Shown one piece after another: positions 41,368 through 54,791 of a stretch of 64,000 nucleotides of DNA. How positions within the stretch are numbered: position 1 is the stretch's first letter; every line of letters begins with the position of its first letter. The DNA is from Utricularia gibba. Its lineage: Eukaryota; Plantae; Magnoliophyta. Location of the stretch: positions 2,108,001-2,172,000 of the forward strand of contig NEEC01000018.1 of NCBI GenBank assembly GCA_002189035.1. Reading direction: 5' to 3'. The translations under genes were made by a program, and so were the position numbers. Below the pieces are notes generated by a model that did no database searches, was not told where the DNA came from, and saw nothing but the letters and a program-made list of their open reading frames with translations.

Positions 41368-42643
41368 GATGCAATGCTGCGGACAAGATTGCAACTATTA
41401 CTACACGAGTCTTATACTACCACAGGGAGATGATAAACCGATGAAGGCTGTTTATTAAAATGCAACTATGGTTACATCTTTGAGGTGATGATGTTACGTT
41501 CATACGTGCCCCCTGGGTGTGCCCGTGGACACACGAAATGTATTCATGGCACTTTTTTCAAGTGCGGCAAACATTTAAGATCTTGTTGTGACCAACAATT
41601 GTTCTCAATCTTTCCATATGGCAATTTGAAGCCAATAATGCAACACTTTTTCAGACAGCCGTGGAATCTACACACCGTAGGTTAGGGTTTACTTGTAATA
41701 GATGCGTGCGGGAGTTAAGACAAGGGATTGAATTCTTGTTCAGATGCAACCCCAATGCTATCTGTTCGGGCTAATAACGAGACCATTAGGCCACCCAACG
41801 CCTCTGTAGCTATGATGAACTTGCACGAAAATGTTTACGACAGAAAATATAAATGGAAATATAAAATTACAGTGTGTTTGTTGACCTGAGAAGGGGCTGA
41901 ATTGAATATGTTGCGTAGACCTAAGAAATACCCGAAATTTATTTTAGGATATGATTGGTATAATTTCTGGAGAAGCACTTAAAATTAGAAGTGGGAGTTT
42001 TAAACTTCTTAAAATTGAAAAATACTTCTCTAAAATCAAAAGCTTTTTCAAATAGAATCTTAGTTTTTTGCACTTCATTTCGGCTACTACATGATTTGGA
42101 AGTGGAAGGAGCAATCGCTTTGATGCTTCGGGACATCAAAGATACTCCGAAATGGCGGGCGGCACACGAGATAATTACCATTCAGTATTCTTTGATTAAA
42201 CCCCAAAGTCAAAATCCTCACACTTAGGTGCTCATTAATTCGCCTAGGGTTCTACATCGTCTGTAGCGTGAACGAGGAAGCGGCCAAAGAGTAGTTGCTA
42301 CGCCTACGTCCATTTTCAAATTTAAAATCTATTCCATCCAAATGCATGATTAAATCAAATAGTAATTATTCCCTAATTAAAACCAAAAAAATCAAATTCT
42401 CATATAAGAAAGGCAGGTTCTGATCAAGTCAATCAGGTAGAAAATGTTTCATGAATGGGGTTTATTGGGGATAATAAGCCCTCAAAACGTATGTGATTAG
42501 CACTTAGAATAAAATGGAAATGATACAGAAAATAACCTACAAAGAATATTTTCCAAGCCAGAAGTGAACCTTGTAAAGTGGAACGTTAAAAGGGAAATGC
42601 ATTATCGGATGGAGAGTTTTATCAACAAGAAAAAAGAGGGAAG

Positions 42644-44224
42644 TCATGGGAAGGCACAATACTTGGAATCACTAATGCAGAGGAACAGTCTCTCGTGTGC
42701 CAGTGCCATTTTCTGAGCCGTGAACATAAAGCTCGCATACTTGTTGCAGGCTGCTCCTCTCACGGCTAACCTCGCCGCGCCTTCCGCCGCCACGAGCTCG
42801 AGTGTCTCGTACAGGGACTGCACATTCGGCGTAAACATGTACCCGAATTCATCGTCGACGACGATGGTCCCTCTGATGCTAGGAAACCTTGATGCCATTA
42901 TAGGCTTCCCTGTCATCATCGCTTCGTTCAGGGTGTGATCGAGGCCTTGTGGTCTCAGCGTCGGGTTCACAAAAATGTCGATACCGTTGTAAAACGCCCG
43001 TAATTGCATCGGGTTCATTGATCCCAGAACCAAAACCTGAGGACCGAGCTCTTTGTATCTACTTCCCCAGGGACCAGAACCTACGACGATTAGGTACGCG
43101 TGGGGGTGCTTGGTCATGAACTTGGAAAACGCCTCGAACAGCAAGGGGTGCCCTTTGTCTTTCACCAGTCTCCCGGCTACTCCGAATACGAGGCTTGCGT
43201 TTTTCGGTAGGCCGATTTCGGATCGAAATTTCTGCCCCATTAAAGGGTCCGGAGCGAAATCTTTATGCACACCGTTGGCGATTACGTGAACTCTTCGAGA
43301 TGGGATTTGGTAGACGTCTCTCAGCATTTCTCCGCAGCTATCTGAAGTAGCGATATGGTGAGCGTAACTTGAGAAGAATCGAATCTCTTTCAGAACCTTC
43401 GGGAGTGATTCCTCAAGGCTTTTGGAGAAGTCGGGTGAACGAGGCTCGTCGGGCTTTCGAGCAAGATCCAAGTAGATACTCGATTGGACGCTCTCGAGTG
43501 CGATTCCATGCCATGAAACTGCCACGTTTGGAGCTCCAACGGCTAGCCAGTGGGGAAGAGAGACGCTTTCTGTGTGGATCACATCAAACTTGCCGAGTTT
43601 TTCTTGTTCTTTAAAAATTTCCCAAGCCTTCTCAGATTGCCACTTATCAGGCTCACCCTCGTGCCAATGAATTACCAGATTCGGGGACTGAACCACCGTC
43701 TTGTTGACCGGCGGTGAAGTGAAGATATGGATGCGATGCCCTGGTAAGAAAAAAAATAATAACTTCAGTATTATTTTTTTCATAAACTACGAAAGAAAAA
43801 AGTTCAGCAATTGCAAGAACAAAATTGGATCATGACCTCGCGCAGCGAGGACTGAGTGAAGGGTCTTGGCATGGCGCTCCATGCCACCGGGCGTTGACGT
43901 GGTGGGCCATTTCCTTGTGAAAACGGCGATCCGTAAAGTCACCGGCGAAGGCCTCTCTGGATATTCCAGCTTGTTTAAAGAAAACTCGGCACGGCGGAGA
44001 TCTCCTGACCAGGGCTTGGTGCCTGAGGTGAAACTAGCGCATATACATCCCGGGGAGGGTGTGTGTAGAAGAAGCATAGCGGGGATGATGAACACGAGGA
44101 GGATGATGCAGAAGGCCAGCACGATATTAGGGATCCGACTAAAAGACGACGGCTTCTTGAACTTTCCGATGGCGGAGCTCATCTTAACCGGTGCCATGGC
44201 GCTAGATGACAAATTCAGGAGCAT
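42644..44224 (-). CDS. Membrane-anchored GT4 (GT-B, retaining) glycosyltransferase; exons 44224-43837 and 43740-42644
   Basis: TM segment, LRIAVFTRKWP..PGGMERHAKTLH, GHRIHIFTSPP, VAGRLVKDKGHPLL, FVNPTLRPQGLDHTLNEAM; start could be ATG 44224, 44197 or 44182. Confidence 0.93.
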
Positions 44225-45920
44225 CAGCTTCTTATAGCCCTCATACCAAAAATCTCCCAAACAAATTATTTAAGCAAAAGACCAAAAAAAGAACTGGAAA
44301 TCGCGTTTCTCGTGGTTCCAAAAACAATGAGAGACCATGTTTTTCTTAAGCAATATAATTTGGGTTTCTGTACCCAATATTTAAAATTCCACAACGAAAT
44401 TAATTTGCTCATTCTTTAGGTGCAGCTGGTTAATAAAATCTCACGAAAGTCAACCCAATTCAATTGATGTGTTCTATTTGCTTCCTTTCTCCAAGGGCAA
44501 ATGAAACCAACAAATGTTGACTCCAACAAAGCTAACATTTCATGTCATAAACAGACAAACAGCTTGAGAAAGAAATCAGGGTTTTGTTATAAACACAAGG
44601 ATTACATGTTACTGCTCTTGTTCTAATCGTAGCTGTTCTTGTAAAAATGTCGGGTAAAGAAAATATCTTTGATGGGTATCGTATCATTAATGAAAGAAGA
44701 ATCGTGAATTCAAAGCACTCCGTTGGACGAATTTGAGATTAGGCTGTAATTACCTAAGTCTCCAACAAAGTTAATGGCCATGGATTCTGACGTTATTAGG
44801 TTTGCTTTGATAAGATGCTTTAATTTATTGAGCATTAAATATGATGGGAATTAATTTACATAACAATGAATAATTACGCAAAGAAAATTTTATAATCAAG
44901 TTTATATATAATATTATTTAAAAAATTAGGATAATATTGTATTTTACCATAATTGGATTAACTAAACTCATCTAATTGATGGGGCTTATGTTTCAATATG
45001 AAATTATTTAATCTATAGTACTAAATATCATTATTTATTAACATATGATTAATACGAATTATTTAATATAAATTAATCTTATATATTCTATCAAACATGT
45101 CCTTAGTATGAAAGAGGCTATTTGGATGAGGGTAAGAGATGGGGACATCAACTTATGAGTCCTTTCATTATTTCATTAGCAGTTAATTATCGTTGTTAAT
45201 TCACTAATCACCCCTCAAGGCGGAAAGCCACACTATCACTCACCAAGTTTATCAATGAATTGATTATGCTTCAAAGAGTATTAATTCCTTAGTTCAACAA
45301 GCTTACCTTTAGCGCTTTTATTCCTAGGGCGTTAGTATATGTTATTAATTCTTTTATAAACAAAACAAGTGAAGAAGGTAATTAATTATCCCCACGGATT
45401 CTAAGCTTGCGTATGATACAAATGGTAGAAAAGTAAAACCCTAGGCAGCCTTGTCTTGACTGCCGAACCCTAAGCCTCTTTTTTTTTTTTTAAAAAAAAA
45501 ATCCATTTTCCATTAATTATAAATTTAGATTGAATTTTTTACTTTCAAATTATATTTTAAAATATTTGAAAAATTATTTTTAATAAATTGTATCCATTTT
45601 CTGAATTAGTAATGAGTGTAGGGTGGAAGTTGCTTGAACCCTAAAAATTATTGTGAGCATTGCGTGAGCTAAAAATGAAAGAATTAATTAACCTTTAGGT
45701 GAAACGAAGAAGTAGAAATCGAAAGCAATCAAATATTATATTGAAATACAAAGATCACAACTTGAAACCAAAGCAATAGGCTTCATAACACACATTCTGG
45801 CACTTATTGGACTAATGGTGTGTTTGATTCTGTCCAACAGACACAGTTGAGATGTGAACTTCTTCGTTTTCCTGTTGGATAGAATTCTGATACCCTATAA
45901 AAGGTGCTGGATTTCTCAAG

Positions 45921-47838
45921 TTATGCGGTTTGGGAGGTTTCATTGGTCATGTTCTTTGCCTCCAAGCCATGACTCCTCCAGTACCTTTTTTCCCAACCTT
46001 GGACTTGCTTCTCCTTCTGTTCTTGGCGTTCAAGAAACGAGCGGAGAGACGCGGAGCCATAGGGTGGCGGCATGATGCATGGGCTGGAAGGAGATGGACT
46101 TTTGACCATGGAATCAAGTAAGAACTTCTTCATCAGTCCTTCTGCAGGGCATGCGATAGTCTCTTGGCAGATCTCCTCAGCTCCCGGAGGAACTTCAGGC
46201 TTGTGCTTCAGAAGCTTAGCATACTCCTTCAACGCATGTAACATGTAGTCGTAAACATGGGTCATGCTGAATTCGTTGAACACGTAGCTGCTGCCGGCTT
46301 TGCCTAAAGTAAGAGCCTGAAGAGAGACGAATTTCAATTGGGCACGATAAGGAGATTCCACATTGTAAAGATGACTGCTTATTCTATGAGAAGTGGCACC
46401 CTACCTCCCTGTGATGCTTGTTTCCCCACTCAACAGCATGTTTGAGGGATTTGCATTTGTCATCCGGGTTAATTGGCCAGTAATGCGTCAGAGCCTTCAA
46501 GCCTCTAATGAAGAAGTCGAAGTACCGAGGCTTGATGTATAAAGTTGGAGAATCACACGCAAGAATGTACTTGTCGCTGACAGACCATGAGGAGCCTTCA
46601 ATGAAGATCCTGTACCTGCAAACGAAATACAAGAACATGAGCATCAGAACAAGGTGATCGCTAATTCAATACACTTCACCTGTGATTGCATTGGGCATCC
46701 AAGTCGGAGTTCATAAAGCCATTTGCACGCTCTTCTTCCCAGACCTGCATTTTCTTCAACATGTCACTATTTTCCCGCAGAGGGAGCAAGTTGCTGATGT
46801 GTTTCTTAAGATGATAGCTCCACTTAACAAACACTTGATCAAATAATTTAATGTTATGCAGTTGGGGATAATGCGAGTACCTGAGCATAGAGACGAGCAC
46901 CCAGTCGTTCTCTGGAGTAACGTTACATTTCATTAAATCACGTCTTGACAAAGGACCTCCGGTTTTAGTGTTACCCCGCCAATATGCGTATGGCTCTCTG
47001 TCCTGCCACGCCCTTCGTTTATTTGCCTTGTCTAAATCACTGAGTACCATCTCCCATGGCTTGATATTCACCTCAGGCCTATTCAAATGTGTCTTTGAAT
47101 TAAGGCAGATATCACAATTAATGAAATTTGAAGCAAATGGGTGTTGACTCACCAACCCCAAAAAGACCAATCGGGAAACACGATATTCACGGTGTCGTTG
47201 TCACCGCAATATCGGAATACTGGAAGTGGCAGTGAACCTCCTTTTCTAACGTTGGGATAATCCTCAGCGTTGAAAACCAGGTCCACGTCGGGGACTTCTC
47301 CAGGGTACCACTTCAGCAGCTGAAGAATTCCCCAGATAGTGAACGGGATTCTTGTTTGGAATGCGCCTTTGTAGTGTTGAACGTATGGCTTCCCGCCAAC
47401 GATCACGAGACGGAAACAGGCTTTACCAGCTGCTGCCTCCACCAATTCTCTAGAAATCCCAGTCTCCTTCCAGGGGCGCAAGTCTTCGTATATCCACTTG
47501 AAATACTCGGGGCAAGTCGAAGAAGCTGAACTTTTTTTATTTGATGGTTCTGGTGTGTTGTCGCTTTTAGGGCAGATTTGAGATGAATTGGTGCACTCCA
47601 ATGAGAAATATTCACTGCTGCCAGACTTCCCCTCCTTTTCTTCAGTGATGGAAACGACCTGTAAAAAAGTGTAATCTTGAGTAAAAAGGAGGTTTGGGAT
47701 CAGCTATTGGAATTTTTTGAACAAAAAACCCACAGAAGCATCTAATCTGACGTAGCTCATGGCAAACCAAGCGCCGGTGATAAACATGCCACAGAGGACA
47801 GCCAACAAGTAAAGCGGCTGCAACCGCAAAAACGCCAT
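45921..47838 (-). CDS. CAP10/KDEL-type GT90 protein (O-glucosyl/xylosyltransferase family), 6 exons, with one apparent 1-nt deletion
   Basis: CPEYFKWIYEDLRPW, FRLVIVGGK, TIWGILQLLKWYPGEVPDVDL, IVFPDWSFWGWPEVNIKPW, AYWRGN, YRIFIEGSSWSVSDKYILACDS, VYDYMLHALKEYAKLL; frame break at CCC 46900-46902. Confidence 0.9.
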
Positions 47839-48984
47839 GCCGGGGATTTTTGATGTGTAAGAATCAAATTCCAATTTCTATGAACATTTGGTCGTCAAAG
47901 CTAGACGCCGATGAGAGAGTATAGAAAAAATGTTGTTGATTATCAGAAAAAAAGGATATATAAGACCTCTTTCATGTGACTACCCTTTGGATGGTCCTAC
48001 AAACCCTAACTTATTCCTTTTTACAGAACATACGCCAAATTGCTAATATAAAAAAATTTACATGTGTTTCAAGGTTTTTGCCCCTATTTCTATGTTATTT
48101 TTCTATTTAATGGTTTTACAATAGGTAAGGATTGAAAGACATTACAATTTTTTTTTCTGATTTTTAGATGAACTCGTAGGGTGGACATCGGCGCACCACC
48201 TGCGCCACGAAATTTCACTTTACGATGTCATCGTTGACTATCATAAAAGTCAGACGGGTTATTTCAACATTCAAATGTGCAGTGAACATTCAGACTAGGA
48301 GTCTAACTGAGGTTGTGATTGATCTCAGACCCAGTTGAATACGTAATTACTCTACGCCGTCTGTTGAGAATCATGTAGTTTCAAGGTTGTCGTCTTATCT
48401 GAAGAACTTCTCATATTGAATCAAGTCGACAGTTTGCAGTTCCCGAAATCACGAGTTTTGATCCCATTTTCACCACTAACTCCCTGTGGCGGCCCCGTTT
48501 ACTAAGCCCTTGTCAGGGAATTCGTGGACTCATCCGAGAGGAAACATCGTCTGCCTTACGAGGGTTTACATCGTCTGCCTTAATGCTCCTGGTATGGATC
48601 TACATTATGTATTTGGATAGATGTCTAGTGTAGCATCTACAATTGGTTTGACAATGGTATCAGTGCTAGCAATTACATTACAATATGGGTAGTTACCTAA
48701 ATTTGTACCTAAGGTTTATTTGAGTCAATATTATTTATTAGCATAATTGCTGTCTAGTTTTGTGATCTGGTGGTCCTGATGGATGCAGGGCATTTAATTT
48801 GTAATACACTTGTCAAATAACGAAAGAAAGAAGGAAAAAAGACCCCAAATGACGAGGCACATCCTTGGAACTCTCTAAAAGATTTAAAAGCGAAGCTGTT
48901 TTGTTTAAATGTCTGAATATTTTTGCACTTGCCCAAAAAGGCATTGCAGTTTGCAGAACAAAATTATGGTGGTGCTGTTTTTCC

Positions 48985-50648
48985 ATGGTCTTCTCGATGC
49001 ATTTCTTGTTTTCGGGTGATTTTTGGTTCATTTGCGTAATTCTGATTAGTTCAACCCTAACAACACTCTTGATCCCACTTTCTCTCCCTTGCAATGAGTC
49101 TTCTACTTTTCTACTCCCGGATCAGATGGAGGCAGCAACTATCCCACCAGAAGATTCCTCGGAAAAAATTACTCCGACCAATTTCAGCCACCTTGCCTTT
49201 GGCATTGTGGGCTCCGAGCGTGCGTGGCACCACCGCAGAGCGTACTTGGAATCATGGTGGCAGCCAAATATCACACATGGACTTTTGTACCTCGACGCTG
49301 CTCCCACGGCGGAACTCCTCCCATGGCCCGCCTCTTGGCCACCGTATAAAGTGTCGCCTCCTGGCGTCCGTACCAAGAACCGCCTGTTCCAGGGGATATT
49401 GGAGGTTTTCCGGGAGGTTGACAATGAGAACCTGCGGTGGCTCATCATGGGGGACGACGACTCTATTTTTTTCTTGGACAATATCATCGACCTTCTTCGG
49501 CAATACGATCACAAGAAGTACTACTACATCGGTGGCCTGACGGAGTGGTTCTTGGCGGACTACTGGTTCTCGTTCGACATGGCGTTCGGTGGTGGCGGAA
49601 TCATTCTCAGTTATCCGTTGGCGAAGGCCCTCGCCGGAAATATAGAGAACTGCTCAAGAAACTATGGGGATATGAAAACCTATGACCTGATGGTAATGGC
49701 CTGCATTTTTGACATAGGGGTTTCCTTTTCTCCAAACAAGGGAATGCACCAGGTAATAATACCTTATTGGATTGCAAGATTAGTGAAGTATATTATAACA
49801 CTCGATTGGACATTTTTTGCAGATGGATCTACGAGGTGACATATCAGGGTTCTTCTCATCACACCCGGCGGTCCCATTGATATCCCTCCATCGCATGCAC
49901 GATGCGGATCCCTACTTTCCGGGGAAAAATCATACCGAATCCTTGCGCCACCTCATGAAAGCGGCGGCGATGGATCAATCGCGAATGCTGCAAATGACAG
50001 TCTGCTATTACCATCCTAGCAACTGGTCATTTTCCATTTCCTGGGGCTACTCAGCTTATATATATGAGAGTATTTTCCCGAGAAGTTACCTTCAGAAGCC
50101 TATTGAAACCTTTAGACATTGGACTTCACCGAATCGAGGTTACATCTTCATCTGCAAGGTAATCCTTACGTGCTCTGGCATTGACAGGATCATCTTTTCA
50201 GGTCCAAATTATATATTCGACACGAGGCCGCCGACCAGAGATCCGTGTGAAGCACCACATGCATTCTTTTTCGAAAGAGTTGAAGGTACATCAAACCAGA
50301 CTCTCACCACTTACAGGAGATGGAAAGCTCGTTCTTTGAAGGCTTGCGTGCGTGATGGCAATCATACAGCGGAATTCATTTCGGAGATTCATGTGGTCTC
50401 ACCATCTGGTACTCGGAAGGAGGTGAACCCTATTCTCATTCTTTCTCTTGCACTGTCTTTGAATTCAAAGCAGGGTTTGTTAATCTGAGCATTAAGTGGT
50501 TCATGTGTTCTCAATTGAGTTCCTTATTTTCATTTACTTCGTGTGTATTTAGATGGATCGTTCCGAGTGCTGCGAAGTCGTGGGTGTTGATGGTGAAAAG
50601 GCTGAGATCCATTACAGGGAATGTAATATTGGTGAGACAAGTGCCTAA
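48985..50648 (+). CDS. DUF604 (Fringe/GT31-related) glycosyltransferase-like protein, 3-4 exons
   Basis: HLAFGIVGS..AWHHRRAYLESWW, RWLIMGDDDSIFF, MAFGGGGIILSYPLAKAL, HQ/MDLRGDISGFFSSHP..PLISLH, IETF, DPCEAPHAFFF, final exon SECCEV; start ATG 48985 or 48997. Confidence 0.92.
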
Positions 50649-52192
50649 CCCTTTGAAATCAGATGGGGCGTTTTACCCCTAGATCTTAAAATGCCGTAGA
50701 ATAAAGATATGCATTCAAGGTGTTAGTCCATTGTGATGGTGATCCACCACTTCCTCCTATTTTTATAAACATGTAGCCACTATGTTCCATTCACCACATC
50801 AACATCATGGTTGAGGTATAAAGTTCAAGTCTTCTCTTTTATATTAAAGATATCAAAGAAATCTTTTTCATTTTTATTCTTTTTCTTTTATTTTTTGATG
50901 TAAAGAATCGTGTATTCATAATTCATATGTGATAGTTAATGTTTATTTTTTGGCATTCAAGTGTTTCCTCGAAAACGGTTATTATCTTAGATTTTTTCAT
51001 TTCATAACATAAATCCATATCATTGAAGTAAAAAAAAAGAATGTTTGGGTGGCTCTCAAATAATTTTATTAGTTTAGATAAATAGTAGAAAAATAGAAAG
51101 TAGGTTGGCTTGATTTTAGCAAAAAAATGACCATTTTACCCCGACGTAGATTTAATTATACAAGAATTCAACAAAAGCGTCAAAAATTCAGGAAAAATTC
51201 CTGCCAAATTTTTTTTAAAAAAATTATCACCAAAATCCCATATTCCCGGAAAATTGTTAGAATTGGGTTTCCTCGTGCAGAAAAATGGGGTTTTCCGAAG
51301 ACGAAGCAGTCGCTCATCCCCACAGTCCCGAAACAATGACACAGTGAAAACACAATGGGTATTTTTCAAAAAAACCCAGAAACAATGAGGGTTGCCGCAG
51401 CAAAAGCCACAGCTTTAAAGCATTTTCGAGGTCGACGTCGCTACTTTTATTCATAACCTGCCTCGTTCTCGGTGTGAGACAATTTTCATCTGGTGATGCA
51501 AAGCAGTTCTTTTGGGGATCTTACTTGTCATGTCACAAACATGTAAGAGATTCATGATACTCCAGTGAGACGCCGTCTAAAGGCATATATGATATATATA
51601 AACACTTTGGATTTGCTACATGCAGAAAGACCAACATCTATGTTTGTTTTAATCCGTTTTGGGATGGTGTTGTGTAATGTTTGTTTGGACCAGAAGTTTT
51701 ACCAATTTTTCAATTACATCCTTCAATTATTCATCCAATTCAATAAAATGATCACTCATGTTTAACCGATTTGTTATTTTTGACTTGTTTTTCGGGAAAA
51801 TAGATATAATTGTAATGTTAATATTTTAGTTTTGGTCATGTTATTTTATTTAACATATATTCATGATTGATATCCACTGTTATATTAAATTGGATGTTTC
51901 ATTACTAGTTATAATTGATTTTTATTATTTGCCATATATTCATGATTGATATCTCCGGTTAAGTATGGTAATATTTATTTTAGGCTTATATTAGCAACAA
52001 CGTAATAGTATACTGAGAGTCTTGTAGGATGCAAGAGTGGGCATATTTGTAAATGACCCATCAGATTGCACACAATAAAGACAAACTACAATTGTATTTA
52101 GAAAGTACTCTTCAATTGTTAGTACAGTTTCTCCTTTTGTTTACAACCTTGCAGATTGTAAACTTGGGGTTGTAGACGGTAACCCAACTTTA

Positions 52193-52508
52193 GGGCCAGT
52201 TTGGTAGATAGAATAGGAATAAATTGGATTAGAATTATTTGGGATGTTTGATGGGTTTATATTTAACTAGATTTAAAAAAAAAATTGGTACATAGTAAAT
52301 AAAAATGATATTTTTTCAAAATATTTATTTAAAGACTGGATATTTTCAAACCCATCAATATGGTGGGTTTGAGTAAAACCCACAAACTCGGGAAATGACA
52401 GGTTTATATTAAAAAGGGTTTAAATAAATCATGTCTACTAAACACGTATAGTATATTTACTATCCAAAGAAAACCAATGTATTCTACCCTACCCTACCAA
52501 ACTAGGCC
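52193..52508. mobile_element. Tourist/PIF-Harbinger-like MITE
   Basis: Ends GGCCAGTTTGGTAG and CTACCAAACTAGGCC (inverted repeat, 1 indel); ~315 bp AT-rich interior; TTA on the left flank, TATAA on the right. Confidence 0.55.
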
Positions 52509-52521
52509 TATAAGGGTTCAA

Positions 52522-52581
52522 GCTTGTTTAAACTCGTTGATGTCAATGGGCGCTTGTTTAAACTCGTTGATGTCAATGGGC
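52522..52581. repeat. Perfect 30-bp tandem duplication
   Basis: GCTTGTTTAAACTCGTTGATGTCAATGGGC x2. Confidence 0.95.
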
Positions 52582-52833
52582 TATGGCATGCAAACCCTCT
52601 TCTTCAGGTTCATGTCTAAGGTTATAAATTAGTAAAACTTAGGTAATTATACAATAAATTTGAAAGTATTATCATTGTAAAAAAGTATAACATATACTTT
52701 AAATAAAATTAAAAAATTACCAAACAGCCCCTGGTTCATGTTTTATTTCAAGATGAGATGAATCCTGAGGTGATGTTTCTCTTTGATACAACCATGAGAG
52801 TGGGGAATAAAGCAACAGGATTTTGTCTGCATA

Positions 52834-54292
52834 TCAGAAACAACGTAGGGTCCAGTTTTGGTTTTCGGGGCAGAGTTTGCCGAGCGGGGACTCATCGGAG
52901 TGCTCATCGACCAGCCATAAGCCACGCTCCTTGAACCGATGGATTTTGCTGTCTCTCCCAGCGATGTAATTGTTGTGGATGATGGCATGTTGACCCTTGG
53001 TTTGCTCAGCCCACGCTTTGTTACCGAAGTACTTAAGACCAGAGGGGAACGCCGTTGCCGGAAGAAGATAATCGTCGACCTGTCAATTGCAATATGTTTC
53101 CGCCGACATCTCATAGCCGGGAATGGCGGAGCAAAAGAAGGGATGGTACCTTCCCACGAGTCTCCCTGATTGCCCAATTGAAAGGGGTTGATCATTCACT
53201 CCTGGACTCCACTGCAGCGAACTCATGCGATCGGCCCAAGTGATCATCAGTAATTTTGCCCCCGGCGTGGGTCTTAGATAAATCAGGCAGCTACAATTCT
53301 TGAGACCAAACAATCTCAGCAGCAGTAGAAGCAATGCATCGTCATTAAACATATAATTCTGATAGTGTTATTTGCAGAACTTACGTCTCCACCATCAAAC
53401 GCATAGTACGCATCGTGCGATCCTTGGAAGTAAGGAAAGGGGTCCTTCATCCAGACCGTATCAACGTCATTGTACAGAACGTTGTACCCCAGCTCTAAGA
53501 TCTGCACAGTCCGCACCCCTCTGCGTCAGAATATTGTAACCGAAGTAGAAAGAACAGAAGAAACCAGTTCTTCTCCTTTCTGCATCCAGACAAAAGGAGC
53601 GTACCTCAAGAAGATGGCGTGGCCTTCTGGATGTCAAATTGAAAAATCCCTTGAAAAAGAAGAAAACCCTAATTGGTACCATGCAACAACACGAAACCAA
53701 GTACAGCTTTTTGTTTGTTTTAGTTGAGATCCAACTCTTAGCAAGAGCAGGGTGAGTGTCATCTCTTTATGTTTGGCTTTGTTATTGTATCATGTAAAAA
53801 GCTCATGAACCCAAATAACGTCACACGAAACGGTTACCATAGAGCCAAAAGTGTTAGATGCAGGGTCCAGCGGGGGGACGCCATGATGGCGTGGCCAGGC
53901 CACCTCTTGTTGACTGTGTACAGCGTCGGATAATCCTCAGCGAACACCAGAACTTTATCCACATGCTTCAGTCTGGCAAGGCTGATCAACCAGTTGCTTA
54001 GCATCTGCAGATACGCCTCGCCCACCGTACACACTATCACCGTGTTGTTCTTCGCGACATACGCCGCCGCGTCCCGGAGCGTGTACTCCCCCGACGGTGA
54101 ACCTGGACTGTAAAACTTCGATAGCAAAAATATCGTGTTCCGATTAAGAGAGGCGACACCGATCATCGCCAGCAAGGATACGAACACGAGCACGAGGGTG
54201 AGCGGGATCCGGACCAGGAAGGACCGGGGTGAATTTCTTGGTGCTTCCCCCGTTCTCCCATCATGGACACTGCAATCGCCTCCCTCTGTCAT
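52834..54292 (-). CDS. GT77 MGP4/RGXT-like UDP-Xyl:fucose alpha-1,3-xylosyltransferase paralog, 5 exons, two apparent 1-nt deletions (pseudogene or assembly error)
   Basis: VAKNNTVIVC, NWLISLAR, AEDYPTLYTVNKRWPGHA, GFFNLTSRRPRHLLE/ILELGYNVLYNDVDTVW, CSCLIYLRPT, NDQP, AFPSG, IIHNNYI, WLVDEHSDESPLGKL. Exons 54292-53838 (455 nt) and 53298-53150 (149 nt) are each 1 nt short of phase. Confidence 0.88.
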
Positions 54293-54791
54293 TACAAACG
54301 ATCTCAAAAGCTCGCACCTTTTTTCCCTTATCAAGCTATCAGGTTTTAAGCTTCTAGATATGGACTCTGTTAGTACCACCTCTTCGAACTTTCGTTGACT
54401 GGAAAATTAATTTCCATTGAAAATAAAAAAAAACTGAAATATTATAATAATTTCGAGTAACTTCTTGCAATTATATATAAATTCAGTCTCACACACACAT
54501 TTGATCATGAATTTCAAGCATCCACCATAAAAAAAGATGTGTTTTTGTATTTTATTCATGTATTTGATTAGCAGTCAAGTTAGGGTTTTGAAGAATCAGC
54601 CCACTAGTTTTTAGGGTTCGCGATGATTAATGGGTAATTACGTCGCTGACTTGGGAGTAGATACGCAACATTCGGGTAAACAGCTGGAGGGCTCCGGCTG
54701 ATGAACTCTGCTGCGCCTCCAGCTCTCATAATAATAGTATAAATTATTTTGACGTGAATGTGATTTTTATTTTCCGGAATATAAGAGTATG

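Noticed and set aside
41939-42227. Opposing ~80-aa ORFs between FUT and GT4
   Set aside because: No recognisable domain; partly AT-rich repeat-like DNA
44797-45107. Possible Tourist-like MITE upstream of GT4
   Set aside because: Terminal repeats too degenerate to call
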